A stretch of 64,000 nucleotides of DNA. Origin: Lama guanicoe (lineage: Eukaryota). Where the stretch lies: assembly GCA_013239625.1 (NCBI GenBank), contig MU053933.1, forward strand, positions 3,029,817 to 3,093,816, in the 5' to 3' direction. The translations under genes were made by a program, and so were the position numbers. Position 1 is the stretch's first letter; every line of letters begins with the position of its first letter. The notes under the pieces were generated by a model, which made no database searches, was not told the DNA's origin, and saw only the letters and a list, made by a program, of their open reading frames with translations. This document shows positions 11,501 to 22,924 of the stretch, piece by piece.

Positions 11501-12699
11501 TTGCGCTTCTCCTCATTAATTGAATTACGAGTCTCCTAGGGGTAGGTATAACGTCTTCTCTTTCTTTTCCTGTCTGAGAAGTATCATTTCACTCTGTGAT
11601 TCTGAAAAAAGAGAGATTGCCCGCGGGTGTAAGGGCACACACACCCTGGGCCTCCCAGCACACTTTCTTATTAAAGTTCCGCCCATTCTCCTGGGGCCCA
11701 GCCTGCAGGGAGAGGAGCCCCACAGGGCAGCGCAGCCGCCCGCCTGGCCGTGTGTCTTCCACGCGCCCCGTCCGGCTCGCGCGGGGGCTGCCTCCCACCG
11801 GGCGAGCGCTCTTCCAGGCTCGGGGCTGTGGCAGGAAGCACAGCTTGTTCTACTGGGGGCAAGAGAGCAGAACAAAGGAAATGACCTGAAAACGCAGCAG
11901 GCACAGGCCAGATGGATGAGAAGAGGAGACGACAAAGTGGGGGGACTGCTGGCTGGTGGTCCCGGGGGCCTTGCTGAGGCGTTGGTGGTCCAGCTGGTGG
12001 CGCAGGGGACCTCGCACACAGCGGCCCGGGATGGGGGAAGCTGGGTGGGTCGGGGGAGGGAAGGGAAGAGCGCAGCTGGGGATGGTGAGGAAGAGGTGGG
12101 GAAGATGTCTCACCCTCTGGGCCCTGGGGAGTCAGGGAGAAAGGTTCAGATGGGAGGCTGCTGCCTGCAGGAGAGCTGACGGAGGTGGTGACCGGAGCTG
12201 GGGGGCTGGGGCGGCCAGGGAGGTGAGTGAGGACTGGGGGATGACGCGGGGGCTTGAGCAGCTGAGGGGACGATGAGAGGTGGCCGGAAGTCAGTGGCTG
12301 GTTTCAGACTTCGGCCCTGGACACCCAGGTGGCATAGACAGGTGGACAGTGGGCACAGGGGTTCAGGGGAGAGGACAGTGTCGGGGAGGAACATTTCCGG
12401 CTGCAGACGGGGCGGCCCTCCCTGGGAAGTCAGTGCAGTGAGTAGAGGGGAGCAGAGGACCCAGGCCATCCCCAGGGAGCTTGCAGCTGGAGCTGCCCAA
12501 TGGGATGCAGTGTCTCTCCCCAGGCCCCGCTGGCTGTGTGGCACTGCATCACCCTTCCCACCCCTGGGCTGCCTGTCCCTGAGCACTGTCCCCCTCTGGG
12601 AGGTCTGGCCCTGTTCTAGATTTCTCCCCCTCCGAATTCAGGATTTGGATCTGCATGCACACTCCAGTCCTGTGCCAGATTCTGGTGGGTCCGGACAAC

Positions 12700-15600
12700 A
12701 TACTTTCCTCTTTCCCACCAGCCCATCTTTCTGTGCGCTTACATGCCAACCACATGCTTTCTTTGGTGAAGGATCTGATTGAATATTTCGCCCATTAAAA
12801 AAAAATTGGGTGGTTTGTTTTCTTGTTGAGTTTGAGAGTTCTTTGCATATTTGAGTTGTAATCTTTGTGCTGGTGGAGGGTTTGAAATAGTGCCAGAATG
12901 ACCAAAATGTGACACAGATGCGGGAAGTGAGCAAATGCTTTTGGAAAAATGGCGCAGATAAATTTGCTTCACTCGGGTTGCACAAACCTTCAATTTGTGA
13001 AAAACGCAATCTCTGTGGTGTGTAATAAAGTGAAGTGCGATAAAATGAGGTCTGCTTGTATATTGATTTTTTTTTAGTATAAAGTCAGTTGCATTTCTGC
13101 ATTGAAATTCACTTTGTTGTGATGCACTTTCATATACTGTAGGATTGTATATGCCAAAACTTAAGAACTTTTGCATCTGTATTTATGAGGAATATTGATG
13201 TGCTTACTGGTAGTATCTTTTTGGTTTTGGTATCAGGTTAACGCTTGCCTTGTAGAATGAGTTGGGAAGTGGTCTCGTATTCAGTTTTCAGGATAAGTTA
13301 GTGAAGAATTAGTATTATTTCTTCCTTGAGTGCTTCTTCCATTGAAGCCATCTTGAGTGGCTCCTTCTTTGTTGGGAAGGTTTTTAACTTGAATATATAG
13401 GGTGATCTGATTTTTCTTGAGTGAGTTTTGATAGCTTTATTCTTCTGAGAATTCCACCTACGTTGTTAAGTTTATTGGCATGCAGTAGTTCTTAACATTC
13501 CTTATTATGTTGTTCTTTTTACTGAAGTGAAATTCACATAACACGCATGAATCATTTGAAAGTGCACCACTCAGTGGCATTCGGTGTGTTCAACATTGTG
13601 CAGCCACCACCCAGTCTTGGATTTTTTTTCAAAGTCTGAGATTTTCTTTTTTTTTTTTTTTATCACCCCAGAGGAACATCTCACACCCATTAGGTAATCA
13701 GTCGCCTCTCCGTCCTTTCCTCATCACCTGGACACCACTTAGCTACTTTCTGTCTCTGTGGATTTACCTAATCTAGATATTTCACATAAATGGAATCCTA
13801 TGGAATGTGACCTTTTCTGTCTGGCTTCTTTCACTGAGCATCGCGTGTTCAAGGTTCCTCTGAGTTGGAGCATATATCAACCCTTCATTGCTTTTTACGG
13901 CTGCGGAATATTCCGTTGTGTGGACAGATTACAATTAGTTTATCCATTCATTTGTTGATGGACCTTTGTGATGTTTCCTCATTTTGGCTATTGTGAATAA
14001 TGATGCTGTAAACAAGTATCTGATTTTCTCGCTTCAGTTCTTTTGGGTGAATACCTAGGTGTGGAATGGCTGGGTCATGTGACAATTCTGTGTGTAACGT
14101 TTTGAGGAACTGGCAGTCTGTTTTCCAGAGGCTGCACAGTTTTGCTTTCACACCAGTCATGTGTGAAGGTGCCCTTTTCTCCACATCCTCACCAACACTT
14201 GAGTGTATGTGGAGTGTTACTGTGTGGAGGGCTCTAGAAGTGTCAGCTGTCCTGGGGGGATAGTGTTGTTTGTGCTGTATCCTTTACTGATCCAACTAGT
14301 TGTTTTGACCCCTTTATTATTATGTAATGTCCTCTTTCACGTCTGATAATATTCTTTGCTCTGAAACCTACTTTATCTGATGTTAACGTAGCCATTCCAG
14401 CTTTCCTTTGATTAGGATTAGTACATCTTTCCCATCCCTTTTACTTTAACCTATTTTATCTTTACATTTAAAGTGAGTTTCCTATAAATGGTGTATGGTG
14501 ACGTCCTGTTTTTTATCCAATCTTGACATCTCTGTATTGTAATTAGGATGTTTTAGATCATTTGTATTTAATGTGATTATTGATATGATTGAGTTTAACC
14601 ATCATTTTGCTATTGGTTTTCTATTTGTCCCATTTGCTATTAGATTTTCTCTCTCTCTCTTTTGCCTTATTTGGACCGAGTACTTTTTATGGTCAAGTTT
14701 ATCACCTTTCCTCGCTTATTAGCTCTCTCTCTTTGTTTTTAGAAGTTTCTTTGGGATTCATTGTCTTCAAGTAGCGTCAGCCCAGTTCCCGTAGAGTGTA
14801 AGCCTCACAGCAGTGCTCGTCCGCCTCCCTTCCCCGGCCCGTGTCATTGTTCACGCCGCTTTGCCTCCACACTGCTGTAAGCCCCACAATACACTGTGAG
14901 CGTTCTTTGCTTTAAATAGTCCATTATCTTTTAAAACAGTCTTTAAAATTTAAAAAGCTGTTGTATTTATTCATGAATTTTCTGTTTTTCATTTCTTTTT
15001 GTAGATTTAGATTTCCTTCTGATATTGTTTTTCTTTTGTATGATGGACCTACTTTAATATTATTTGTAGTTTAAAAGTGCCAGTGATGAGTTACTTTAGC
15101 TTTTGCTTGTTAGAAGAAGTCTTCCTTTGGCCTTTGTATTTGGGAGTTATTTTCACTGTGTGTGGTAATTCAGGCTGACCGTTTTTCCCATCGTTACTTA
15201 TAGATGCCACTCCGTTGGCTCTGGCTTGCGCTGTTTCTGGGAAGTCTTAGTCCACCGTGTCTGTCTGCCCCTCTGTGCACCATGTTTCTTTTTTCTTCGG
15301 CTGCTTTTAAGGTTTGCTCCTTTGGGTTAGGTGGTTATCAGGTTCCTTGGCTTGATTTCCTTCCTGTTTTCTCCTGCTTGGGGATTGCTGACCGTCTTGG
15401 ATTTATGGGTTCATAAGGGTTAAAATTTTTTGTCATTGTTTTCTTTAAATGTTTTTGTCCCATCCTGTTCTCCCTGCTGAGTGTCCAGTTACACAAATAT
15501 TTCTGGTTTTTTTTTTTTGAAGAGGGAGTCTCTCTTTCCCTGTGTCATTTCAGACCATTTGTATGTGCAGATTATTTTGTCTGCACGTTGACTGATTTTG

Positions 15601-16560
15601 CTTTTTCTAGTGTCTAGTGTGATATTAATGCCATCTAGTGTATTTTTCATCTCAGATATATTTTTCATCTCTAGATACTTGATATGAGTCTATTTTTAAT
15701 GCTTTTCAAGTCTCTCCTGGCATGTTGTGCTTGCCTCTGTCTTGAACATGTGCACCGTGCTTGTAATTGCTGATTTAAGGACCTTATGGACTAATCATTT
15801 CCTTGTGTGATTTCTGGGGGTTTTCTTACTGATCAGCTACCCTCATTATGAGATATATTCTTATGCTTCTTTGCATGCCTGGTATTTTTTAAGTGGATGA
15901 AAGACAGCATGATTTTATGTTGTTGGGTTCTGTATTCTTTTAAATATTTTGAACTTTCTTTTTGGAATGTAGTTCAGTTACTCGGGAAGCTTAGGCCCTT
16001 TGGTGGTGTGTTGTCAGCACTGAGAGGCAGCACCTGGTTTAATCTGGTGCTGACGTGGCCCTGCCACTGAGGCTCTGCTCTCCCGAGTGCCCAGCCCGGT
16101 GGCCCCTGTGTCACAGGTTTCCTCATCTGCGTTTTGGGAGTGTGGTCTGTTCCTGGAGCCGTGGTGATCACAGCCACCCTTTGTCCTGCTTCCTTCTGCT
16201 GGCACCTCCCCTGGCCTCAGGCGGCTCGCTCACTCCCACCTGCTGACCAGTGTCCCAGTGAAGAGTCAAGCGAGCCCGCGCCGACTGGGGCCTGGGCCAT
16301 TTCCCAGCTGTCTCCTTCCTGCCCCTCTGCCCTGCTAATTCCAGGTGCTGTGGCCTCCTTGAGTCTCAGCTGTTTTCCCATCTCAGGCCTCCCCTGGCTT
16401 TCCCGGGTTCCCCCTCCCTGGGCTGTGGCCTGAGACGCCCCCCGAGCTGTCGGCTGGGCAGCCAGGACGCACCCCGGGCGTCCCTCCCTCGAGGTCCTTG
16501 TCCTGTGTTGCTTGTCGTCCAGGGTCAGCGCTCCTTTGTCTGGCGTCCTTTCTCTGTGTT
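12700..16560 (-). mobile_element. Composite of old antisense L1 remnants with nested L1MB 3' end (~13510-14260) and Tigger1 fragment
   Basis: ORF 13948..14184(-) gives the L1 ORF2 C-terminal motif 'SLWKT...SHDPAIPHLGIHPKELK'. Antisense motifs 'tagaatgagttgggaagt', 'ctactttatctgatgttaacgtagccattccagctttc' and 'ttctttgcatgcctggtattttt' are also present. Confidence 0.8.
12853..13058 (-). mobile_element. Tigger1-derived deletion element (Tigger1a_Art-like)
   Basis: The minus strand has the Tigger1 5' end (caagcagacctcattttatcgcacttcactttatt...acaaattgaaggtttgtgcaaccc...gtgtcacattttgg) joined directly to 'ccctccaccagcacaaagattacaactc'. It is flanked by TA at 13059-13060. Confidence 0.82.
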
Positions 16561-17120
16561 TCGGTTGTTTGCGGCTAGAGGGCCAGCCTGCTTCCTCCTC
16601 TCCTGCCGTGGCTGCCCATGGGCGCCCTCTCCCTGGTCTTCAGCCCGCGCTGGACAGGGGCTCGGGCTGCCGCGCAGCGGCCCCTTAGGTCTGCCCGGGC
16701 CGGCTCATGGTGCTCGGCAGGGCGCTCCTCAGACTTGGAGCTGGGACCACAGGGGTGGGCATCTGGGTGGGGCCCTGCTTCCCCCTCCCTGCTCCCCACA
16801 GACTGAAAGGGACTGGGGAGTCAGCCCTGCCCCAGGCTTCCGTCGGGTTTAGCACCATGGGCTCCGATCAGGAGAGTCTGGGCTCGGGGTGTCTGTCAGT
16901 ATCTTTTAAGTTCCAGACTCAGGGCAGTCCCAGCACCTTCCGTGGACTTCTTTTCCTTGGAAACTGCCTCTGCCCTTCCAAATAACTGGTTTATGACTGT
17001 ATTCGTTTAATGAATTACTTTATTTGGATAAGTTTGACATCTAAGGTGATAGATCATTCTTTGGGTTATTTTCTACCTATGATTTCCAGTTATAATTTTA
17101 TTTTTTTAACCTGTTTACAG

Positions 17121-17190
17121 GGCTGTCTACAGAAAGAAGATCTTCACAGGGTTCCGTGTTGGTGGTGCCTCTCACTCTGCCCTTAGAGAG
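17121..17190 (+). other. Candidate 70-nt internal exon of an unidentified gene or lncRNA
   Basis: Strong acceptor 'tttttttttaacctgtttacag|' and donor 'GAG|gtatgc'. It lies in a non-repetitive AT-rich island. Two frames are open and neither peptide is recognised. Confidence 0.45.
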
Positions 17191-18236
17191 GTATGCCTTT
17201 AAATCAGTTCTTTCTGCATCAGTTGATTTTTAAAGTCTTGCTTTCGTATGAAGCCCTGTGTCTTTCTGACTCTCCTGTGGCCTGGTTGTATGTCACATGA
17301 GGGGCCTGTCGCAGGCCAGGGTGCAACAGTGGTGTCAGTGACGCGCACCGGTTACCTTCTGGCTTCCGCAGAAGCACTGTTTAAAGAGAGAGTTTCCTCC
17401 TCGTTGGTTAACCTTTCTTCCTCAGAGTTAACCTGACTAAACCGCCCAGCAGGGCCTGAGGACGCGCTGTCAGCGTGTCCCCTGTTCCAGCAGAGCCCAT
17501 CAGCCGGGCAGTGACAAGTATGCCCTGTGGCTGTGACAGTGTGTGTCCAGGCCCTGTGGACACCCCTTTGTGGCTGTGACTCCGGTTTTGCAGAGCACCT
17601 AGAAATGATTCCTTTTAAATTTATCTTTAAGATGCCTTCATTTTTCCAAAGCTCGTGAACGATCTTTCTTTATACGCGTGCGGCAGTCTTGTGTGGAGGA
17701 CGGATGTGGTCACGGTGGGGGCGCCTGCTTCGTGCTGGCTCTGCTGGTCTGCACATCTCACACCCGACTCCCCCTCACCGCACAGCGCCCGCGAGATGGG
17801 GGCGGTCCTTCGATCCGTGGTTCACGGCTTGGGGAGGCGACGACATCTCTGTGCTTGTCAGGAGAGGGGTAGGGGTCTGAGCCAAGGCCTCTGACCTCTT
17901 GAGCCTGAGTCCGCTTCACGACGGCGGGGGAAGCGGGAGCTGCCCTAGCCGTGGGATGTGGGCTCTGGACTCGGTGTCTGTCCTCCCCGGTGGTCTCGAC
18001 CACAGCCCTGAGGGGCTGTCGTGGGGTCATGGCTCAGCCGACCCTGGTCGCAGAGCCCTACAAGCACCATGGTGACCTTCCGGAGTCGCCAGCCGCCCCC
18101 TCAGGAGACACGAGCCACGGTGGCAAGGCGTCAGAGAGCACGTGCACCCAGGCCCTTGGGGACGGTGGTGACGGGGCCGACGGACACTTGAAGAGAGGGG
18201 TTCTTAGTTAGCCTGAACAAAGCCCTTAACTGCTCT

Positions 18237-18330
18237 TTCGTTCATTCAGCAAATATTTAAGAATGCTTGTGATGGGCCTGGAACCCCGCTTCCATCAGTT
18301 CGTGTCACCTTGTGGGGGTGACAGAACATA
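18237..18330 (-). mobile_element. L2 3' end fragment
   Basis: 'ttcgttcattcagcaaatatttaagaatgcttgtgatgggcctgg', the typical antisense L2 tail. Confidence 0.6.
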
Positions 18331-20597
18331 GGAGCGGTAAGCCAGTGTGTCACACAGTGTGTCACACAGTGTGTCAGGTGGTGACGCTTGCTGGGCAGGG
18401 CTGGAGGAGGCGGGTGAAGTTTGGAATGGGTGGGGACCAGGCATCTGAGCAGAGCCTGTGGCGAGTGCAGGGTGGAGGCCGAAGGAGCCCGGAGCAGAGG
18501 CCCTGGGCCACGTGCCTGGCGTGTTCACGGGGCAGCAGGGGGCCGGGGGTGCAAGACGTGCCAGGGGCCTGGAGGGTCGTGTCTCAGTGCGGGGATGAGG
18601 ACTGAGCGTGGGAGCGGGAAGCCAGGTCATCTTCTTTCTCTCCTTGCGGATTCTTTTTACAAACTAAAGCTGTAACAGTACCCTCTTCTTAGAAGACATC
18701 CGAATCCCTCCTGGCCTGGGACCAGCTTTGTAATCGTGCAGACCTGGGTCTCATTTCCACAGAAGTCCTGAGGGAAGGGCCTCTGGAACTCAGGCCCCCG
18801 TGTGTGCTGGGCCTCTCTCCCAGGACGCTGGTGTTGTCCACGTCCCTCCCCTGGCAGACAGGGGGCAGGGGTTCGCCCTGGCCTGCAGTTCCGGGGGCAA
18901 ACCGACATGCTTGGGTAGGGTGGGTGGGCAGGCCCAGAGCTGCTCCCCCTGTCTGCGTGTGCCAGCTCGACTGTGGGCACCAGAGAAGGCCCGAGGCACG
19001 TGGGCTGCGAGGCCGAGCCAGCAAGGCCGCTGAGCCCCAAGACAGTGATTCTGAAGGACAGGGGGGAAGGTTCTGTGATCCCTGAGGGCTTGGTTAAGGA
19101 AGCCAGCAAGCTATTTACAGTGCACCCGTGCCTCTTCTGCGGGTGGGGAGGGAGCTGTTAGGAGCACTGAGCTGGTGGAAACAGAAATGAGTCTGCTTGC
19201 ATTGGTAATCCTGGTGGAACCCTGCAATGTCTTCCTTGGGGGGCTGGGGGTGGGTGTGACGAACCCGCGGAACTCATCTGCGGTGGATGTTTCCCAGGGG
19301 AGGTGGTGGCTTTGGAAGAACTTGGTTTTCCATTTGCACGTCTTCGAGAACTTTCCATGCTTCCTGAGAGTGGAGAAGGGCAGTCTTTCGTGGTGGAGCC
19401 GCAGACAGGCCTCCCCCGGCTTTTGTGCGGTGCTGAGACGCAGGTGGGCGTCCTGATCCCTGCTCTGTTCTGTGGGGACTCGGGCTCCCAGGGCCCCACA
19501 GCTCGGTCAGGGTAGAGCCCACCCCTCACCCGGCTCAAGCCGGGGCCTGCGACTACATGCAGATCAGGAAACTAACAAATGATAGCGAAATTTGCTGAGA
19601 TTTTTATTGACTTTGGGTCTTTTATTCTTGGTAATACTGAGTTGATTATTTGCTTTTTATGTCCGCCCCCCCGCCCCCGCTGCATCAAGATAACTACTTT
19701 TACTGCACGACTGGAAAACTTGGAAAACATGGAAAAGAACTCTGAAACTCAGCGACAGTGAGTGCAGGCAGGAGGGCAGTGCCGAGGAGACTGTCCTTGG
19801 TGACCCCCCAGCTTCATCCTGCGCTTCACAGGGTCGCCCTGAAATCGCCTTCTCACAAACACCCTGGCTTCTTCTGCCCACACTGCCCCTCTGCACCACG
19901 TTAGCGCGCCGTGTCCTGTTGCCGGGGAGACCATGCAGCCCTGAAGACTGCGCAAGGGTCTGGGGGGCCCCAGCCCCGCCCAAAGCCCTAGTGGGTTTGC
20001 TCTTATGTGAAGCCTTCCTCGTACATCTGACCTTCCGTCCTCAGGTTTCTAATGTAATCAGCTTTCCGTCTCAGCTCACTTCAAGGAGAAAAGCTGAAAT
20101 AGGAAATTGGTGGGAAGCCTGTTAAGGAACAGCCAGACACCCAGCCCTGTGCCCACGCCTCGACAGACCCCTCCCCACCCCGGCTGGACACAGAGGGCCT
20201 CCCTCGCGGGTGGGCCAGGGGCCTGCAGGCATGGCAGGGGGGCTGTCCCAAAGAGGAAGCAGGGCCACACTCAGCGGGTTTTGGAGCATTGTGACCCCAG
20301 CCCTACCCTGTTCACACCCAGAACCCTGGACCCCCTGTGGACCTCTGCGCGGGGGAGGGGAGGGGGGTACAGGGTGGGGAGGAGGGTTAATTCCTGAGTT
20401 TGTGGGAGGAAGCTAGGAGACGGTGCATGCAATCGCAGAGGCTCAGAGCCTGTCGCCAGAACCTCAGAGATCAGAGGAAAGAGGGCGAAGATCAACCCTG
20501 CCGGGATGGGGTGGGGGCTGGGTTGGGGGGCGCTACACTGTTGCGCCATCAGCTTTGTGGGGCTCTGGGACTCCTGAAACCGTTACGTTTATAATTT

Positions 20598-20669
20598 GGG
20601 GTTTTTTGTTTGTTTTCTTGTGTCTATACCTGTATTTTACTGACGTATAGTCAGTTTACAATGTTGTGC
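20598..20669 (-). mobile_element. Ultra-short (~70 bp) L1 3' terminus with 9-bp TSD
   Basis: 'tttactgacgtatagtcagtttacaatgttgtg' resembles the other young L1 ends in the window. It is flanked by ttataattt at 20589-20597 and 20670-20678. Confidence 0.65.
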
Positions 20670-22810
20670 TTATAATTTTGTCAAAAACATAAATGACAAA
20701 GTTATGTAGAAAATTCTATTTTACAAAAAAAAAATTGGAAAGCAGGGCCCCTCCGCTTCCCCGGCTGTGCTTCTGCCAGGCCATCTGCCCTCCCCAGCGG
20801 GGCTCCGCCTGCCGCGGGGCCTCTGCCCGCAGCCTCCGCCACCTCTGCCGAATCTGGTGGCAGGCCTTTGTCCTTGGGGAGCTGGGCTCTGCAGCGTCAG
20901 GCCCGCAGAGCCCCCTCTTCTTGAGCTGAGGCCCTTCTCCGGCTCTGCTTGCCTGGTGTTCCACGTTGGTGTGTGTCACCCACCGCTGCCCCCGCCCCCG
21001 GCACGTGGGCCTTCACTGTGCTTCACAGCGCCTTCTCGGCACCCCGGGAGGACCCTGCTGACGGCTGGTGCCCGGGGCCGTGGGTTGGGGGCCGAGGCTC
21101 TGCTGCAGACAGTTTGGTATGTTCTACTCCAGACTTCAGTTCCCCTTTTAAATTGGGTAGTATGCTGCAAAGTGTGCCACGTGACTGGGGGCACTGCTTT
21201 TAAAGGGTCGTGTAGTTTCCACTACATGGATGTAGGTATTTTCTTAAATCATTCCCTTTTTGTTAAATACATTTGGGTTTTCTCCAAATCTGTGACTGAC
21301 GTCAGTGGTCGTGAGGTCGGCATCCTTGTGCTTAAGTCGGCTCCCGCTCGTGCCGAGGCCGTGCTGCAGTCTTGGTCCACGCGGGCTCCCTGGTCAGAGG
21401 AGAGGGACACCGAGGGACACGTTAAAGAGGCGTCTGCGCAGCTGCCAGCTTGCCCTCGAGCTGGCGGATGAGGGCAGCATGCAGAGCCAGGGCTCCCGTC
21501 CCCGCAAAATGCCAGAACTCCCCGCACCTCCCGTGCGGACGGAGTCTGGCACAGGCGGGGGGCCCTTCCGCCAGAGCCCGTGCGCCCTCCTCGTGTGTCA
21601 GCGCTCCTGTTTCACTGAAGACATTCAGCGTGGTGTTGGGGACAGACGTGGCCCCCAGCAGACAGTCATTCTCCTTTAATCTGACGTGGGCGCTTTGGGC
21701 CCCTACCTCAAAATTTCCCTATGTGATGTCTCCTCTGGTGTTTGCGTTCGGAAACCCTTCTCCGCCCTGCGGTGCGGGGCAGCCGCTTGCGTTTTCTTTG
21801 CTGCTTTTCCTTTGGCATCGGCTGTGTAACCCGCTTGGGGTTAGTTTGATATATGTTACTAGGGGAACATGTAAGTTACTTTGTCTCACAAAGACTGAAA
21901 ACACAACTTGTTGAAAAATGCTTCCTCCTCCCGACGCCTGGGGCAGCTGCTCGCGCCCGGTATGTGCAGCTTACGCGGAGCTGTTGTCCGCACCAGCGCC
22001 TGCTCCCGCGTCCTCCAGTTGCTCTCTGTTCATTCTTGTGCTGCTACTCTTTGAATTATTTTAGTTTTATGGTATATTTATCTGATGATCCCAGTATGTA
22101 AAAAAACCGGCTGTTCTTGGCTGCTCTATCTCTAGATGAACTTAGGGTGATCTTCAACTTGAAAAGTTCATCAGATTGGCATTTCATCTCAAACGGATCA
22201 GACCTATAGCTTAACTTGTAAACAGCTGATGTTCTAGCAGAATTCAGCTTCCAACAGAGGGAGGCGCTGTCTCTTGGTTTCTTCTGTTACCAGCCTTCAG
22301 TGACGCTTTTACAGCGTTCTTGCTGTACGTTTTCTCTTTTGAGCTCTTTCCTAACTTGTTTATATTCTCTACTTACTGTACTTGGAATTTTCCCTGTTTC
22401 GTTTCTCTGATATTTCACTTTTTATGTGTTTGCGCACGGCCATGCTTCTCGTTGCTGTAGGTTTCTGGGTTGAATTGACTTGGTGCTGACTCGCCCCAAG
22501 CGCTTTCAGCCCAGGTGTGCTCGCCATGGCGGCTGCCTGGTATGTCTTCACTCGGCTCCACAAGTTTCCTTCCAGTGCTTGACTGTTGCTTGTTTTTTGA
22601 AATAAAAAATAAGAGCTGCATCTTACTGAATGTTCATTGCTGCACTTGAGATGGTCCCAGGGTTGTCTCTTTCATCTCTCAGTGTAGAGAATTCCACTGG
22701 TGAGACTCCAGGTGTTGATTCTTGGAATAACCCCTGTAAGATCTATAGCTTCTTGATACTTTTTAATGCCCGCCAACTGCAGTACCCTTTCGAAATTTTG
22801 TTTGGGCTTG

Positions 22811-22924
22811 AGTAAGGGTTAGTAGTGTGTTAGAGCCGGAGTTAAGGTTAGTACTAAGACGGGGTTAGTGTGCGCATCAGTTACAGTGAAGGTTAGGACT
22901 AGGGTGAGGGTGGGGTAGGGTGAG
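22811..22924 (+). repeat. Degenerate (GGGTTA)n telomere-like tract
   Basis: Repeated GGTTAG-like units: agggttag, gttagag, ggagttaaggttag, ggggttag, aggttaggactagggtgagggtggggtagggtgag. Confidence 0.5.

Noticed and set aside
16848..16868. REST/NRSE site
   Set aside because: Only the left half (agcaccatgg) matches; the GACAG right half is absent.
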